From Candidatus Woesearchaeota archaeon (GTDB lineage Archaea; Nanobdellota; Nanobdellia; Nanobdellales; CAZNIQ01): a stretch of 21,375 nt of DNA. The stretch spans positions 16,485 through 37,859 of the forward strand of contig CAZNIQ010000002.1 in the NCBI GenBank assembly GCA_964573185.1, in the 5' to 3' direction. A program made the position numbers and the translations under genes. Every line of letters begins with the position of its first letter. The stretch's first letter is position 1. Below the pieces are notes generated by a model that did no database searches, was not told the origin of the DNA, and saw nothing but the letters and a program-made list of their open reading frames with translations. Of this stretch, positions 20,123 through 21,375 are shown one piece after another.

Positions 20123-21375
20123 ATGAAAATTTATGCAAATGAAATAGAAAAATATAAAGATAAAAAAATAGAATTTTTGGGTTGGGTTCATTCCATTAGA
20201 ATTCTCGGAAAAATTTCTTTCATAGTTTTAAGAGATAAAACTGGTTTTATCCAAGCTACATTTAAAAAAGAAATTTTAGGGGAAGAATATAAAAAAATAA
20301 AAGAAATAACTCCAGAAACGATATTAAAAGTATACGGAGAAGTTAAGGAAAAACCAAAGGGAGGATATGAAATAATAGTAGAATCTTTTGAAATTCTAAG
20401 TTTATCAGATCCATTACCAATAGAAATATGGAATCCTGAAATTAAAACTGAGTTTATCAAGAGAGTTCAATACAGATTTTTGGATTTAAGAAGAAAAGAA
20501 ATTTATGCTATATTTAAAATAAGATCTGATGTAATACAATATTTTAGAGAGTTTCTCTTAAAAGAAGGTTTCCTTGAGATGCAAACACCAAAAATAGTTT
20601 TAATGGGTGCTGAGTCTGGGGCAGAAGTTTTTAGAGTAGATTATTTTGGAAAGGAAGCTTATTTAGCACAGTCTCCACAATTATACAAACAAATGTTGAT
20701 GGCTTCAGGAATTGATAAATACTTTGAATTTGGCTGGTATTGGAGAGCAGAGAAATCACATACGTCCAGACATTTAACAGAATTCTATGCTTTGGATTTG
20801 GAGATAGCATGGATAAAAGATTATAATGAAATTTTAGATTTAGCTGAAAAGATGCTTAAATATGTTTTAAAGAGAGTTGAGGAGAAAAATCAGGAAGAAT
20901 TGGATATTCTAAATGTGACAGTGGAAGTTCCAAAAGAAATACCAAGGATAACCATTAGAGAAGCTTACAAACTTCTAGAGAAAGCTGGTAAGAAATTACC
21001 ATATGGTTCAGACCTTGATACAGAAGCTGAAAAGTTGCTAGGTGAAATAATCAAAAAGGAGTACGATTCAGATTTAGTTTTTGTAACAGAATATCCATGG
21101 GAGCATAGACCCTTTTATACAATGAGAAAAGAAAACGAGCCAGAATGGACATATTCTTATGACTGTTTATATAAAGGATTAGAAATATTTTCCGGTTCGC
21201 AAAGAGAGCATAGATATGGAAAGCTAATACAAAATATAAAAGAAAAGGGAATACCGATTGAACCTTTAAGGTACTATTTAGAAGCTTTTAGATATGGTAT
21301 GCCCCCACACGGTGGTTTAGGATTGGGAATCGATAGATTTGTAAAACAATTGTTGAACTTGAAAGATGTAAGAGA
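20123..21375 (+). CDS. aspS: Aspartyl-tRNA synthetase (archaeal type), N-terminal ~417 aa (gene continues beyond window end)
   Basis: Absent from the ORF track because it has no stop in the window. The protein reads MKIYANEIEKYKDKKIEFLGWVHSIRILGKISFIVLRDKTGFIQATF... with FRVDYFGKEAYLAQSPQLYKQMLM, WRAEKSHTSRHLTEFYALDLE, FSGSQREHRY and the motif 3 region YGMPPHGGLGLGIDRFV. Confidence 0.93.
   Translation, partial: MKIYANEIEKYKDKKIEFLGWVHSIRILGKISFIVLRDKTGFIQATFKKEILGEEYKKIKEITPETILKVYGEVKEKPKGGYEIIVESFEILSLSDPLPIEIWNPEIKTEFIKRVQYRFLDLRRKEIYAIFKIRSDVIQYFREFLLKEGFLEMQTPKIVLMGAESGAEVFRVDYFGKEAYLAQSPQLYKQMLMASGIDKYFEFGWYWRAEKSHTSRHLTEFYALDLEIAWIKDYNEILDLAEKMLKYVLKRVEEKNQEELDILNVTVEVPKEIPRITIREAYKLLEKAGKKLPYGSDLDTEAEKLLGEIIKKEYDSDLVFVTEYPWEHRPFYTMRKENEPEWTYSYDCLYKGLEIFSGSQREHRYGKLIQNIKEKGIPIEPLRYYLEAFRYGMPPHGGLGLGIDRFVKQLLNLKDVR

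Noticed and set aside
19887-20138. N-terminal 84 codons of track ORF 19086..20138 (MHKFSFDKFSKENYKFCGGGDSNPGRPYGH...)
   Set aside because: This part of the frame is the antisense of tRNA-Leu (20006-20090) and of the C/D sRNA (19922-19969). The family alignment with ArmA-type proteins begins at the GTG at 19886, which has its own TATA box.
1-21375. Scan for CRISPR arrays, IS elements or transposases, integrases, inteins, tRNA introns, split-tRNA halves and known defense genes
   Set aside because: I saw no direct-repeat/spacer periodicity, no terminal inverted repeats, no recombinase, nuclease or ATPase defense signatures and no GC-rich orphan half-tRNA segments. DP2 has an intein-free length, and both tRNAs fold without introns.

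Overview
AT-rich, very gene-dense archaeal window. By my annotation only about 550 nt lie outside a gene, and most genes are on the minus strand. Two GC-rich tRNAs in an AT-rich background, TATA-like boxes about 26 nt upstream of start codons (suggesting leaderless mRNAs), many overlapping gene ends and a broken ribosomal/secY cluster all suggest a reduced hyperthermophilic archaeon. A nanoarchaeote or DPANN-like organism is my inference, not a demonstrated result. I call 26 protein genes. Two edge-truncated genes are missing from the ORF track: AsnRS (1..961, minus) and AspRS (20123..21375, plus). The other recognisable genes are L7Ae, L14e, L34e, a DUF106/YidC-like insertase, SecY, PCNA, an archaeal histone, the PolD large subunit DP2, diphthine synthase, a SpoIIM/DUF95-like membrane protein, a wHTH-V4R regulator, a PUA-domain protein, a minimal archaeosortase-family protein, a DJ-1/PfpI-like protein and an ArmA/FmrO-type rRNA methyltransferase homolog. 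RNA genes are tRNA-Gln(CUG), tRNA-Leu(CAA) and a textbook box C/D sRNA (19922-19969). The sRNA and both tRNAs are hidden inside spurious N-terminal extensions of track ORFs. The observations most worth follow-up are: (1) a translationally coupled orphan three-gene operon (4240-8373) ending in an endonuclease IV-like TIM barrel split by a helical insertion of about 270 aa; (2) a phased array of GTTAAC palindromes inside the methyltransferase gene; (3) the C/D sRNA; (4) tRNA promoters placed for transcription starting at tRNA position +1; (5) a minimal archaeosortase cluster; (6) an unexplained 181-nt non-coding gap in an otherwise gap-free region. I saw no CRISPR array, transposase, integrase or recognisable defense or mobile element. 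All homology calls come from motif recall, not from searches.
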